Source: Sulfuritalea sp.
GTDB lineage: Bacteria; Pseudomonadota; Gammaproteobacteria; Burkholderiales; Rhodocyclaceae
Assembly: GCA_030680805.1 (NCBI GenBank)
Contig: JAUXUK010000059.1
Location: 13,336-77,335 of the forward strand
Length of the DNA stretch: 64,000 nucleotides
Direction: 5' to 3'
Both the position numbers and the translations under genes were made by a program. Shown here one piece after another: positions 31,097 to 43,597 of the stretch. Below the pieces are notes generated by a model. That model did no database searches and was not told the origin of the DNA. It saw nothing but the letters and a program-made list of their open reading frames with translations. Every line of letters starts with the position of its first letter. Position 1 is the first letter of the stretch.

Positions 31097-32115
31097 GCGG
31101 CCCTCATTTCCAGAACACGATCTTCATAGCGCAAGCGCTCATTCGCAGCGGCGTAGCCAAGGAAGAATTCGTCGGTGGCGGCGAGCTGTTCATGCACGCT
31201 CTGCAACTGGTTCATGGCATGCCGGAAATGCGCGGCGCCGACCAGGCCCTTGGTGTACCAGCTGATGTGCTTGCGCGCGATGCGCACGCCGGTCAGCTCG
31301 CCGTAGAACGCATACAGGTCGGCCAGATGCCCGCGCAGGATGGCGTGGATTTCTTCCACCCGCGGCGACGGCAGTTCTTCGCCCGTCGCAAGGAAATGTT
31401 CGATCTCGCGGAACAGCCAGGGCCGCCCCTGCGCCGCGCGGCCGATCATGACGCCGTCGGCGCCGGTGTAGCCGAGGACGTAGCGGGCCTTCTGCGGCGT
31501 GTTGATATCGCCGTTGGCGATCACGGGAATTTTCACCTGCGACTTGACCAGGGCAATCGTGTCGTATTCGGCACACCCCATGTATTGGTCGGCGCGCGTG
31601 CGGCCATGGATGGCGATCGCGCGGATGCCGGAGTCCTCGGCGATGCGGGCGATGCGCGGTGCGTTGCGGTTCTGGCTGTTCCAGCCAGTGCGAAACTTGA
31701 GCGTCACCGGCGTGTCCGGCACGGCGGCCACCACGGCCTCGAGAATTCGCGCCACCAGCGGCTCGTTCTGCATCAGGGCCGAACCGGCCATGACGTTGCA
31801 GATCTTCTTCGCCGGGCAGCCCATGTTGATGTCGATGATCTGCGCGCCATTGTCGGCGTTGTACTTCGCCGCCTGCGCCATCATCGCCGGATCGGCGCCG
31901 GCGATCTGCACCGAAATCGGATCGACCTCTCCTTCGTGGTCGGCACGGCGGCGCGTCTTCGCGCTGCCATACAGCAAGGAGTTGGAGGTGACCATTTCGG
32001 ATACCGCGAGCCCGGCGCCGAGCTTCTTGCACAGCTGGCGGAAAGGACGATCCGTGACCCCGGCCATGGGCGCGACAAACAGATTGTTGCGCAGCTGAAA
32101 GCCGAGAAAGTCCAT
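31093..32115 (-). CDS. dusB: tRNA-dihydrouridine synthase B
   Basis: APMAGVTD, IDINMGCP, HGRT, ANGD, GRAAQGRPW. Confidence 0.96.
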   Translation of the reverse strand: MDFLGFQLRNNLFVAPMAGVTDRPFRQLCKKLGAGLAVSEMVTSNSLLYGSAKTRRRADHEGEVDPISVQIAGADPAMMAQAAKYNADNGAQIIDINMGCPAKKICNVMAGSALMQNEPLVARILEAVVAAVPDTPVTLKFRTGWNSQNRNAPRIARIAEDSGIRAIAIHGRTRADQYMGCAEYDTIALVKSQVKIPVIANGDINTPQKARYVLGYTGADGVMIGRAAQGRPWLFREIEHFLATGEELPSPRVEEIHAILRGHLADLYAFYGELTGVRIARKHISWYTKGLVGAAHFRHAMNQLQSVHEQLAATDEFFLGYAAANERLRYEDRVLEMRAA

Positions 32116-32202
32116 GTCGGAAAGAAGATGCGATTGGGGAGGGCGCGATTTTAGCGCAAAGCGCGGCGGCGGTAATCGAGGCTATTTATTGTCGGCTCAA
32201 AC

Positions 32203-33396
32203 TCAGGGCCAGGCACGAGCACCATAGATCATCCGCTTGGCCACAAAGGCTCGCAGTGGTGGCAGCAGGTCCAAGGCCAGCAGGCCGGCACCGCGCGCAT
32301 GCTTCAAGGGTGCGAAGCCCGAAGCAAAGCCGTCGATCAGCAGATCGGTGAAGGCGATCGCGCCGCGCCGGTCGGTCTGGCGGCCGCCTGCATAAGCGGC
32401 CAGAACTTCGGGGGCGCCCGGATCGGCAGAGGCGCCCACAACCTGCGCCAGTTCCCAGATGTCGCGCAAGGCCAGATTGAAGCCCTGCCCGGCGACCGGA
32501 TGCAAGGTCTGCGCTGCGTTACCGAGCCAGACCTGACGCTCGCCCACCGGATTCGGGCGGTAACGCAGCCCGAGCGGATAGGCCGTGCGCGGACTCGCCG
32601 CGGTGAAACGGTGGCGCGTGCCGAAGCGCTGCTGCAAGAGGGCGAGGAAGGCCGCATCGTCGAGCGCCTTGATGTCAGCAACGGTTTCGTCGGCGCAGGT
32701 CAGCACCACGGCGTACCGGTCGCCGAGCGGCAGCAATGCGACCGGACCGTCGCTGGTGAAACGTTCCCAGGCGACATTGTGGTGCGGCGCCGCGACGCTC
32801 ACGCTGCACAGCACCGCGTGCTGCCCGTAATCGCGCATCTCGCCGGCACCGGCCTCGACAGCACCCTCGGCGAACGCGGTAAGCGGGAAACTCGCCGTCT
32901 CACCAGCGCCGACTTTTGTATTGCCGCGATAAGCAATGCCGGCAGCGCTCACGGCAGTGTCGAGTGCGGCGATCAGATCGCTGGCCGACAGCACCCAGCC
33001 GAGCGTCTTCAGATCGAGTTCGGTCGCGCGCAGAAGCGTGCGACCAAAGCCGCCGCGCTGCGAGATATGGATGGCTTCGATGGGTGTTGCGGAAAGCCCG
33101 GACCACACGCCGAGCCACTCGAGAATCTGCCGTGCGCCGTCGGACAAGGCCAGCACGCGAGGATCGCGGCGCACCGCTTCACGTTCACGCGCTTCGAATA
33201 CTTCGGCATTGACGCCATGAAGTTTCAGCGCCAAAGCCAAAGCCATGCCCGCCGGTCCTCCGCCAACGATGGCAACGGGGCTACGCCCGTTGCCATGGGC
33301 AATAAGTTGAGAGCCATCCCCCCGTCCCCCTTCCCGGGGAAGGGGGCTACCAGTTTGGCTCGCTGCGCTCGCGAGTTGATCAGCCGCCACGAGCAT
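32203..33396 (-). CDS. ubiH: UbiH-family FAD-dependent hydroxylase
   Basis: IVGGGPAG, LGNAAQTLHPVAGQGFNL; downstream of pepP. Confidence 0.85.
   Translation of the reverse strand: MLVAADQLASAASQTGSPLPREGGRGDGSQLIAHGNGRSPVAIVGGGPAGMALALALKLHGVNAEVFEAREREAVRRDPRVLALSDGARQILEWLGVWSGLSATPIEAIHISQRGGFGRTLLRATELDLKTLGWVLSASDLIAALDTAVSAAGIAYRGNTKVGAGETASFPLTAFAEGAVEAGAGEMRDYGQHAVLCSVSVAAPHHNVAWERFTSDGPVALLPLGDRYAVVLTCADETVADIKALDDAAFLALLQQRFGTRHRFTAASPRTAYPLGLRYRPNPVGERQVWLGNAAQTLHPVAGQGFNLALRDIWELAQVVGASADPGAPEVLAAYAGGRQTDRRGAIAFTDLLIDGFASGFAPLKHARGAGLLALDLLPPLRAFVAKRMIYGARAWP
33277..33378 (-). repeat. Palindromic repeat inside the ubiH 5' end
   Basis: GCGCAGCGAGCCAAACTGGTAGCCCCCTTCCCCGGGAAGGGGG; related to the core of the repeats at 4892 and 43449. 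Confidence 0.7.
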
Positions 33397-34735
33397 CCTG
33401 CATCAGCGCTTCGATGTCGGCAATCTTCTTCGGGGCCGCGACGGTAATGATCTCGCAGCCGTCGGCCGTCACCACCGCGTCGTCTTCGATGCGCACGCCG
33501 ATATTCCAGAAGGCTTTGGGCACGTCGTCCGCCGGCCGGATGTAGCAGCCGGGCTCGATGGTCAGCACCATGCCCGGCACCAGCGGCGCCCAGTGCTCGC
33601 CCTCCTTGTATTCGCCGGCGTCGTGCACATCCTTGCCCAGCCAGTGGCTGGTGCGGTGCATGAAGAAACGCTTGTAACTTTCCGATTCGATCACGCCATC
33701 CAGCGATCCGGACAACAGCTTCAAGTCGAGCATGCCCTGGGCCAGGACTTTCAGCGCCGCTTCGTGCGGATCGGCGAAGGTGGCGCCGGGACGCACCGCC
33801 GCGATCGCTGCGGCCTGCGCGTCGAGCACCAGGTTGTATACCTCCGCCTGAGGCCCGCTGAAGCGGCCATTCACCGGAAAGCAGCGCGTAATGTCGGAAG
33901 CATAGCCGCCGAGTTCGCCACCGGCGTCGATCAGCAGCAGGTCGCCGTCGCGCAGGGCCTGGTCGTTGCCGACGTAATGCAGCACGCAGGCATTTGCCCC
34001 GCCGGCGACGATCGAGGTGTAGGCCGGATACTCGCAACCCTGCCGACGAAACTCATGCAGCAGTTCGGCCTCGACTTCGTACTCGAAGCAGCCCGGGGCG
34101 ACAAAGCGCATGGCGCGAATGTGGGCAACCGTCGAGATGTCTGCGACCCGACGCATGGTCGCGAGTTCGGTAGCGTCCTTCACCAGGCGCATGGCATCGA
34201 GCTCGGCGCGCACGTCGCGAATTGCCGCGGGCGCATGCTTGCCGGTCCGGCTCTCGGCGCGCACCTTGTTCAACGCCGCGGCAATCTTCTGGTCCCAGCC
34301 GGCATCGTGGCCGATCGAAAACCACAGTGCCGGCTGGTCGGCCAGCAGTTCCGGCAACTTGCCCTCCAGGTCGCCGATGGCATGGGCGGCATCGAAGCCG
34401 AACATTTCGCGGGCGCCGTCCGGACCATGGCGGAAGCCATCCCAGATTTCTCGCTCCAGATTCTTTTCGCGACAGAACAGGATCGATTGCGGCGGGGCAT
34501 TCGCGCGGCCGACGACTATCACCAGCACCGCCTCGGGTTCGGTGAAGCCGGTCAGGTACTGGAAATAACTGTCGGCCCGATAAGGAAAGTGCGTGTCGCG
34601 GTTGCGCGCCTGCTCCGGCGACGTGGGCACAAGGGCAACACCGCCGCCGCCGCGCTGCATGCGTTCGATCAATGCAAGTCGGCGCTGGCGGCACGCCGCC
34701 AAAGAGTTCCCTGTTTGGGCAAACGACAGTTCCAT
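33380..34735 (-). CDS. pepP: Xaa-Pro aminopeptidase
   Basis: DAG.E..GYASDITR, HRTSHWLG.DVHD, TIEPG, RIEDD. Confidence 0.95.
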   Translation of the reverse strand: MELSFAQTGNSLAACRQRRLALIERMQRGGGGVALVPTSPEQARNRDTHFPYRADSYFQYLTGFTEPEAVLVIVVGRANAPPQSILFCREKNLEREIWDGFRHGPDGAREMFGFDAAHAIGDLEGKLPELLADQPALWFSIGHDAGWDQKIAAALNKVRAESRTGKHAPAAIRDVRAELDAMRLVKDATELATMRRVADISTVAHIRAMRFVAPGCFEYEVEAELLHEFRRQGCEYPAYTSIVAGGANACVLHYVGNDQALRDGDLLLIDAGGELGGYASDITRCFPVNGRFSGPQAEVYNLVLDAQAAAIAAVRPGATFADPHEAALKVLAQGMLDLKLLSGSLDGVIESESYKRFFMHRTSHWLGKDVHDAGEYKEGEHWAPLVPGMVLTIEPGCYIRPADDVPKAFWNIGVRIEDDAVVTADGCEIITVAAPKKIADIEALMQDARGG

Positions 34736-34742
34736 CGGTTGA

Positions 34743-36483
<1,741 letters not shown>

Positions 36484-36676
36484 ATCGAAGATGCGCGAAA
36501 TGCGGCGAAAAGGCGCAAAAGCTTTGTCGTAGAGCGCGTTCCGCAGGCATGAAGTGTTAGAATTCGCGATTCTAGCATCGGCCGGCAAAGGCTTTCCCAG
36601 CCTGCGGTACGCGGACTTCGCAGGTTCGCGTTCTTCCGTCACCGCTGCGCCAACTTAGAGCCTCTTTCGATACGGC

Positions 36677-39430
36677 ATGTCTCAATCGCATCGCGGACAA
36701 TTCGGCACCGGCTTGTTGCTTGCCTTGCTCGCAATGGCCGCAGGCTCGGCGGCGGCGGAAGCGCTGCCGCCCCTGCGCATCAATCCCGCCTTGCTCGGTG
36801 CCGGCACACCGCCGTCGGCAGCGATGCCTGTTGCAGTCGAACCTGCGGTAGCGGTGAAGCCGCTTGCCGCGCCGGCGGTGCAGGTTGCGCCGGCACCGAC
36901 AGTGCGCGTCGATCTGACGCCGCAACAGAGTGCACCTGCGATCAGTGCCGCGGCACCGCCCCCAGCACAACCTGGCCGTCCCGCAACGGCCGCCCTGCAG
37001 CCGGCCCCTGTCGAAAGAGCGGTCGCCGCGCCCGCCAAGGCGCCCGCACCCGTCATCCTGGCGAAGCCCACCGCCGCCGAAGTGCCGGTCGCACAAGTGG
37101 CGTCCGTTCCGGTTGCCATCCAGAAGCCGCAAGAACCGCCACAGGTCGACGAACGTCCCGTCCTGCCACCGCTCTATTCGGCCCACGTTGCCGCCGGCGA
37201 ACTGCCCGCTCCCCTGCTCAAGCGCACCCCGGGCGTCATGCCGTATCTCAAGCGTCCGGGAGAACTGCTGCCGACCTTCATCGCCGCCGATCACATCGCC
37301 GGCAAGAACGATGTCGAAGTCGTCGCCGATGGCAATGTCGAATTGCGCAAGCGCAATTCGATCCTGCAAAGCGACCGCCTGACCTACTGGCAGGAGGCCG
37401 ATGAAATGGAAGCGGCCGGCAACGTCCGCCTTTCCCGCGACGGCGATCGCGTTACCGGGCCCAGGATGCGCATGAAGATGGACGACAGCACCGGCTTCTT
37501 CGAACAGCCCGAGTATGCGATCCGCCGCATCAAGACAGGGTCCGCCGCCACGCTATGGACCGGCACCGAAGAACGCGCGACGCCGAATCTGACGACCGGC
37601 CATGGAGCGGCCGCGCGCATGGATTTCGAGGGTGAAGGCAAGTACCGGCTCACCGATGCCACCTATACCACCTGTACGCCCGCCGCCGGCCGCGACCCCG
37701 ACTGGTTTGCGCGGACCACCGATCTTCGCCTGGACTATGACGACGAGGAAGGCACGGCACGCAACGCCACCCTGTACTTCAAGGGCGCCCCCATCCTCTA
37801 CTCACCCTGGATAAGCTTCTCGCTGAATCACGAACGCAAGAGCGGGCTGCTGACCCCCACCTTCGGCTCCACCAGTCGCGGCGGCATGGAATACACCCAG
37901 CCGTTCTACTGGAACATCGCGCAGAACATGGATGCGACGATTGCGCCGCGCTTCATGGCCAAGCGCGGCACGCTGTGGAACGGCGAGTACCGCTACATGA
38001 ACCCGTCCTACAGCGGAACGATGCAGGGGCAATACCTGCCCGAGGACAAGATCGAGAAGAAGCGGCGCTCCTCCTATTCGCTGGCCCACAGTCAGAACCT
38101 GGGCTTCGGATTTTCCGGATCGCTGGCCCTGAACGGCGCATCGGACGGCACCTACTTCAGCGATCTGGCGAGTGGCTCGTCGGTGATTGCCCAGACCAAC
38201 CTGCTGCGCCAGGGCACGCTCAGTTACGGCGGCGCCTGGTGGTCGGCCAACCTGCTGGCGCAAAGCTATCAGACCCTGCAGGACCCGTCCCTGCCAGCGG
38301 TCACCGAGCCCTACCGCCGCCTGCCGCAGCTGACGCTCAGCGCCAACCGCAGCGACCTGCCGCTCGGAATTAATTTCGCGTTCAGCGGCGAGCATGTCAG
38401 CTTCCGCAATCCGACCCTGGTGCAAGGAAGACGCTTCACGCTCTATCCGCAATTGTCACTGCCGCTGCAGACCGAAGTGCTGAGTGTCACGCCGAAGATC
38501 GGCCTGCATTCGACGCGCTACAACCTCGATCGCCAGGCGGTCGGCACGCCCGACAAGCTGACACGCAGCGTGCCGATATTCAGCGTCGACTCAGGGGTGA
38601 CATTCGAGCGGGACTTCGACTGGCAGGGCAAGAGCCTGACGCAGACGCTGGAGCCGCGCCTGTACTACCTCTATGTGCCGGTGCGCGACCAGAGCCAGAT
38701 TCCGGTGTTCGACAGCGGCGCGACGGGTTTCGATTTCGCGCAGATCTTTGGCGAAAACCGCTATGGCGGCAGCGACCGGATCGGTGATGCGAACCAGGTC
38801 ACCGCAATGCTCACTTCGCGCCTGCTCGATCCGCTGACCGGCGCCGAGACCCTGCGCGCCGCCTTCGGCCAGCGCTTCTATTTCAGCACACAGAAAGTCG
38901 GCCTGCCCGGCGAAGTGCTGCGCAGCGACCGGCAGACAGACTTTCTCGGCTCGCTGTCCGGCCGTATCCTGCCCAAGACCTACGCCGACCTCGGCGTCCA
39001 GTACAACCCGCGCTTGAATCGAATCGAACGTCTCAACGTCGGCGGGCGCTATCAGCCCGAAGCGGGGCAGGTGCTGAATGCCGGCTATCGCTATACCCGG
39101 GATCAACTCGGACAGGTCGACCTCTCCGGTCAATGGCCGGTCTTCGGCGGCTGGCATGCGGTGGGACGCTTCAACTACTCGACCAAGGACAAGCGCATGG
39201 TCGAATCCGTTGCCGGTCTGGAATACGACGGCGGCTGCTGGGTCGGGCGCGTGGTATTCCAGCGTCTGGCTACGCAGACACAGGTCTCGAATACCGCGCT
39301 GTTTTTCCAGCTCGAGTTCAACGGTTTCGCAAAAGTCGGCTCCAATCCGCTCGACATTCTCAAACGCAACGTGCCTGGCTACGGCATCATCAACCAGCAG
39401 AGCACAGAAGGCCCGCTCACCATCCCATGA
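36677..39430 (+). CDS. lptD: LPS assembly protein LptD
   Basis: YTTC, RKSGLL.P, PFYWNIA.N.DAT, QTLEPRLYY, CW. Confidence 0.95.
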   Translation: MSQSHRGQFGTGLLLALLAMAAGSAAAEALPPLRINPALLGAGTPPSAAMPVAVEPAVAVKPLAAPAVQVAPAPTVRVDLTPQQSAPAISAAAPPPAQPGRPATAALQPAPVERAVAAPAKAPAPVILAKPTAAEVPVAQVASVPVAIQKPQEPPQVDERPVLPPLYSAHVAAGELPAPLLKRTPGVMPYLKRPGELLPTFIAADHIAGKNDVEVVADGNVELRKRNSILQSDRLTYWQEADEMEAAGNVRLSRDGDRVTGPRMRMKMDDSTGFFEQPEYAIRRIKTGSAATLWTGTEERATPNLTTGHGAAARMDFEGEGKYRLTDATYTTCTPAAGRDPDWFARTTDLRLDYDDEEGTARNATLYFKGAPILYSPWISFSLNHERKSGLLTPTFGSTSRGGMEYTQPFYWNIAQNMDATIAPRFMAKRGTLWNGEYRYMNPSYSGTMQGQYLPEDKIEKKRRSSYSLAHSQNLGFGFSGSLALNGASDGTYFSDLASGSSVIAQTNLLRQGTLSYGGAWWSANLLAQSYQTLQDPSLPAVTEPYRRLPQLTLSANRSDLPLGINFAFSGEHVSFRNPTLVQGRRFTLYPQLSLPLQTEVLSVTPKIGLHSTRYNLDRQAVGTPDKLTRSVPIFSVDSGVTFERDFDWQGKSLTQTLEPRLYYLYVPVRDQSQIPVFDSGATGFDFAQIFGENRYGGSDRIGDANQVTAMLTSRLLDPLTGAETLRAAFGQRFYFSTQKVGLPGEVLRSDRQTDFLGSLSGRILPKTYADLGVQYNPRLNRIERLNVGGRYQPEAGQVLNAGYRYTRDQLGQVDLSGQWPVFGGWHAVGRFNYSTKDKRMVESVAGLEYDGGCWVGRVVFQRLATQTQVSNTALFFQLEFNGFAKVGSNPLDILKRNVPGYGIINQQSTEGPLTIP

Positions 39431-40740
39431 TCTTCCGTCTGCTGCTGCTTTGCCTTTTCTCCAGCCTCATGATTCCGGCGCACGCCCAGACGCGGCGCAC
39501 CCAGCCGATCGAGGTCGATCGCATCGTCGCCGTGGTCAACGACGAAGCCATTACTGCCTTTGAACTGCGCACCCGCCTCGCGACCGTAGAACGCCAGCTG
39601 CGGGGACAAAACGTTCAGTTGCCGCCGCAGGACGTACTCGAGCGACAACTGCTCGAGCGGATGATCACCGATCGCGTGCAGTTGCAGTTCGCCCGGGAGA
39701 CCGGGCTGCGCATCTCCGACATCGAACTCGACGCGTCGATCCGCCGCATCGCCGAAGGCAACCGTCTTTCCCTGCAGGAATTCCGTGCCACCCTGGAAAA
39801 GGACGGCATCGCATGGATCAAGTTCCGCGAGGAAATTCGCGAGGAAATCATTTTGTCGCGCCTGCGTGACCGCGAGGTGGAAAGCCGCATCGTCATTTCC
39901 GATGGCGAGATCGACAATTACCTGGCCAATCCCGACCAGGGCGGCGACACGGGCGACATCGAAGTCCAGACCGCGCACATCGTGGTGCGGGTGCCGGAGC
40001 AGGCGTCGCCCGACCAGTTGATGCGCATCGGTGCGCGAGCTCAGGCCGCGCTCGACCAGATTCGCCGGGGCGAGAGCTTTGCCAAGGTGGCCGCCAGCTA
40101 TTCGGATGCACCTGACGGGCTTACCGGCGGAGCCATGGGCACCCGCCCCCTTGATCGCCTGCCTTCGCTTTACGCCGACGCTGTGAAGAAGCTGAAGCCC
40201 GGCGAAACCAGCGACATTCTGCGCAGCCCGGCCGGCTTCCACATCGTCCTGCTGATTGCCAGGCAGGGCGGTGGCGGCACGAAAGTGTTGGCGGCTCTGA
40301 AGCAGACACGCGCCCGGCATATCCTGATCAAGGTCAACGAACTCGTCTCCGAGGGCGAGGCAAGGCGCAAGCTGGTCGCGCTCAAGGAACGACTCGACAA
40401 CGGCGCCGATTTTGCCGAACTTGCACGCCTGCACTCGAACGATCTTTCCGCCGCCAAAGGTGGCGATCTTGGCTGGCTGTATCAGGGTGACACCGTGCCT
40501 GACTTCGAGAAGGCCATGGACCGGCTGAAGATCAACCAGATCAGCGAGCCGGTACAGTCGCCCTTCGGCTTCCACCTGATCCAGGTGTTGGAACGCCGCA
40601 CCGAGGATGCCACGGCCGAGCGCCAGCGCCTCACCGCGCGCCAGGTGCTGCGCGATCGCAAGTCCGACGAGGCGTATCAGGACTGGGTCCGGCAAATGCG
40701 TGACCGCGCCTATGTCGAATACCGCGCCGAAGACCGCTAG
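39427..40740 (+). CDS. surA: Periplasmic chaperone/PPIase SurA
   Basis: DRIVAVVN, two parvulin domains (GGDLGW, FGFHLI). Confidence 0.94.
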   Translation: MIFRLLLLCLFSSLMIPAHAQTRRTQPIEVDRIVAVVNDEAITAFELRTRLATVERQLRGQNVQLPPQDVLERQLLERMITDRVQLQFARETGLRISDIELDASIRRIAEGNRLSLQEFRATLEKDGIAWIKFREEIREEIILSRLRDREVESRIVISDGEIDNYLANPDQGGDTGDIEVQTAHIVVRVPEQASPDQLMRIGARAQAALDQIRRGESFAKVAASYSDAPDGLTGGAMGTRPLDRLPSLYADAVKKLKPGETSDILRSPAGFHIVLLIARQGGGGTKVLAALKQTRARHILIKVNELVSEGEARRKLVALKERLDNGADFAELARLHSNDLSAAKGGDLGWLYQGDTVPDFEKAMDRLKINQISEPVQSPFGFHLIQVLERRTEDATAERQRLTARQVLRDRKSDEAYQDWVRQMRDRAYVEYRAEDR

Positions 40741-41797
40741 CGGAGGCAATTCCGCGCTGCCGGCAATCGCCGTCACCTCGGGCGAACCGGCCGGCATCGG
40801 CCCCGATATCTGCCTGCGATTGGCCGAACGAAGCTGGCCGGTGCGGCTGGTGGTGCTGGGCGATCGCGAGCTCTTTGCCGAGCGCGCCCAGCAACTCGGC
40901 CTCGACGCCAAGGCCATCGAAATCCGCCACGTGCCGCTGCAAAACTCGGCGCGGGCGGGACGGCTCGATGCGGCCAACGCCCCTTACGTCCTCGACATGC
41001 TCGATGTCGCGCTGGATGGTTGCGTCCATGGCGACTATGCCGCGATGGTCACCGCCCCCGTGCAAAAATCCGTCATCAACGACGCCGGCATCGCGTTCAC
41101 CGGGCATACCGAATACCTCGCCGAGCGCACCGGCACGGCACGCGTGGTGATGATGCTGGCGGGGGCCGGTCTGCGCGTGGCCCTTGCCACCACGCATCTC
41201 GCGCTGAAGGACGTGCCTGCCGCGATCACGTGCAGCGACCTTGAAACCACGATCCGCATCCTGCATGCCGACTTGCGCAACAAGTTCGGCATTGCCCGCC
41301 CCCGCATTCTTGTTGCCGGCCTCAACCCGCATGCCGGCGAAGGCGGCCACATGGGCCGCGAGGAGATCGAGGTCATCGGCCCGGTGCTGGACAAACTGCG
41401 CACCGAAGGCATGGACTTGATCGGTCCGCTGCCGGCCGACACGCTGTTCACGAAGAATGTGCTCGCCGGCTCCGACGCGCAACTGGCGATGTATCACGAC
41501 CAGGGACTTGCCGTGCTCAAGTACGCGGCCTTCGACGAAGGCATCAACGTCACGCTCGGCCTGCCGATTATCCGCACCTCGGTCGATCACGGCACGGCGC
41601 TGGACCTCGCCGGCACCGGAAGGGCTTCGCCGACCAGCCTGTTCGCCGCGATCGACGCGGCGATCGACATGAGCTCCCGGCGGAGGGCGCCGCCCGCAGG
41701 GCCGCCCCAAGGGCGGCGCAGCCTTGACCCGGAGCCGGCGCAGCCGGCGAACCACAGTCACCCTCTCCCGCGGGGAGAGGGTCGGGGTGAGGGCTAA
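40712..41797 (+). CDS. pdxA: 4-hydroxythreonine-4-phosphate dehydrogenase
   Basis: [32 protein letters not shown]. Confidence 0.95.
   Translation: MSNTAPKTASGGNSALPAIAVTSGEPAGIGPDICLRLAERSWPVRLVVLGDRELFAERAQQLGLDAKAIEIRHVPLQNSARAGRLDAANAPYVLDMLDVALDGCVHGDYAAMVTAPVQKSVINDAGIAFTGHTEYLAERTGTARVVMMLAGAGLRVALATTHLALKDVPAAITCSDLETTIRILHADLRNKFGIARPRILVAGLNPHAGEGGHMGREEIEVIGPVLDKLRTEGMDLIGPLPADTLFTKNVLAGSDAQLAMYHDQGLAVLKYAAFDEGINVTLGLPIIRTSVDHGTALDLAGTGRASPTSLFAAIDAAIDMSSRRRAPPAGPPQGRRSLDPEPAQPANHSHPLPRGEGRGEG
41760..41793. repeat. REP-like CCCTCTCCC-GC-GGGGAGAGGG...GGGTGAGGG element
   Basis: Palindrome located at the pdxA 3' end. Confidence 0.75.
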
Positions 41798-41801
41798 TCC
41801 C

Positions 41802-42584
41802 ATGTGCCAGTTGCTCGGCATGAACTGCAACACGCCGACCGACATCTGCTTCTCGTTTGAGGGCTTTCGCACGCGTGGCGGCCTTACCGACGTGCACAAG
41901 GATGGCTGGGGCATCGCCTTTTTCGAGGGACCGGGCTGCAGGGTTTTCCTCGACGCCGAGCCGTCGGCGCAGTCGCCGGTCGCGGAACTGGTGCGCCACT
42001 ATCCGATCCACTCGAAGAACGTCATCGCCCATATCCGCAAGGCGACGCAGGGGCGTGTCGCGCTGGAAAACACCCACCCCTTCCAGCGCGAACTCTGGGG
42101 CCGCTACTGGATCTTCGCCCACAACGGCAATCTCAAGGACTTCGCCCCATCTCTTGACGGCAGCTTCGTCCCTGTCGGCGACACCGATTCAGAGCTGGCC
42201 TTCTGCTTTCTCTTGCAACGCCTGCGCCGCGAGTTCGGTGACGCCATGCCGCTCAGACAGCCGATGTTCGATTTTCTGGCAAACATCACGCGCGAAATCG
42301 CCGCCCATGGGGAATTCAATTTCCTGCTCAGCAACGGCAACTGCCTGTATGCCCACTGCGCCACCAAACTGGCCTACATCGTGCGCCAGGCGCCGTTCGC
42401 CGTCGCCCACCTCACCGACCAGGACGTCAGCATCGATTTCAGCGAGGTCGCCAACGCCGACGACCGGGTCGCCTTGATCGCCACCTTGCCGCTGACCGAC
42501 AACGAGAACTGGATCACCATGGCAGCCGGCACGCTGATGGTGTTTCACGATGGCGTGCCGGCTGCCACGGCACGCACCGGATGA
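41802..42584 (+). CDS. Class II glutamine amidotransferase (YafJ-like)
   Basis: N-terminal MCQLLG, DGWG, HIRKAT, HNG, TDSE. Confidence 0.9.
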   Translation: MCQLLGMNCNTPTDICFSFEGFRTRGGLTDVHKDGWGIAFFEGPGCRVFLDAEPSAQSPVAELVRHYPIHSKNVIAHIRKATQGRVALENTHPFQRELWGRYWIFAHNGNLKDFAPSLDGSFVPVGDTDSELAFCFLLQRLRREFGDAMPLRQPMFDFLANITREIAAHGEFNFLLSNGNCLYAHCATKLAYIVRQAPFAVAHLTDQDVSIDFSEVANADDRVALIATLPLTDNENWITMAAGTLMVFHDGVPAATARTG

Positions 42585-43441
42585 AAACGGTCGCCGGGCA
42601 CACGGCCCGGAAGCGGTTTGGGCAGAACTTCCTTGTCTCACCCGGCATCATCCACAAGATTGTCGACGCGATTGCACCGCATCCGGGTGACACGGTCGTG
42701 GAAATCGGGCCCGGACTGGGCGCCATCACCGAACCACTGCTGGAACGCATCGATCATTTGCACGTGGTCGAGATCGACCGCGACCTGATCGCACGGCTGC
42801 AGCAGCGTTTCCCGCCCGAGCGGCTGAGCGTGCACGAAGGCGATGCGCTCAAGTTCGACTTTGGTTCGCTCAAGGGTTCGGGGCCGCTGAAGATCGTCGG
42901 CAACCTGCCCTACAACATTTCCAGCCCGCTGCTGTTTCACCTGGTCGCGTTCGCGCAGCGGGTCCATGACATGCACTTCATGCTGCAGAAGGAAGTGGTC
43001 GACCGCATGGTGGCCGATCCGGGCAGCAAGGATTTCGGGCGCCTGTCGGTAATGCTGCAGTACCACTATCACATGGAGCGCCTCTTTGTCGTTCCTCCGG
43101 GCGCCTTCAACCCGGCACCCAAAGTCGACTCCGCGATCGTGCGCATGATTCCCCGAAAAGTCGGCGCTGATGAAGCAACTGCGCTACAAGGCGGTCGAGC
43201 AAAAGACGCTCTCCTCGCCGTAGCGGATGGCGATGCGGCGAAAGACCCGGCGCTGTTCGCCCGCGTGGTGACCGCGGCATTCTCGCAGCGGCGCAAGATG
43301 CTGCGCAACACCCTGCGCGAACTCATCAGCGAGGCCGACCTCGCCGCACTCGGCATCACGCCTACCGCACGGGCCGAAGACATCGGCGTGGCCGACTATG
43401 TGCGCCTCGCCAATTCGCTGGCCGACCTTGCCGGCCGCTAA
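42581..43441 (+). CDS. rsmA: 16S rRNA dimethyladenosine transferase
   Basis: [31 protein letters not shown]. Confidence 0.96.
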   Translation: MKTVAGHTARKRFGQNFLVSPGIIHKIVDAIAPHPGDTVVEIGPGLGAITEPLLERIDHLHVVEIDRDLIARLQQRFPPERLSVHEGDALKFDFGSLKGSGPLKIVGNLPYNISSPLLFHLVAFAQRVHDMHFMLQKEVVDRMVADPGSKDFGRLSVMLQYHYHMERLFVVPPGAFNPAPKVDSAIVRMIPRKVGADEATALQGGRAKDALLAVADGDAAKDPALFARVVTAAFSQRRKMLRNTLRELISEADLAALGITPTARAEDIGVADYVRLANSLADLAGR

Positions 43442-43448
43442 CATTCCC

Positions 43449-43597
43449 CGTGAAACTCCTTGTTCGGGGCTCTTTGTGATGAACGCGCGCAGCGCGCCGA
43501 TTGGCAACCCCCCGCGAGGGGGGAAGGGGGGCGGGCAATTTATCGGCTTTTCGCGTGTTTCATTTTCTGCGAGTGGCGCTCGGTACCGTGAGCGTTA
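43449..43597 (+). repeat. Dispersed intergenic repeat, copy B (149 bp)
   Basis: Homologous to the reverse complement of 4892-5118. Confidence 0.85.
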
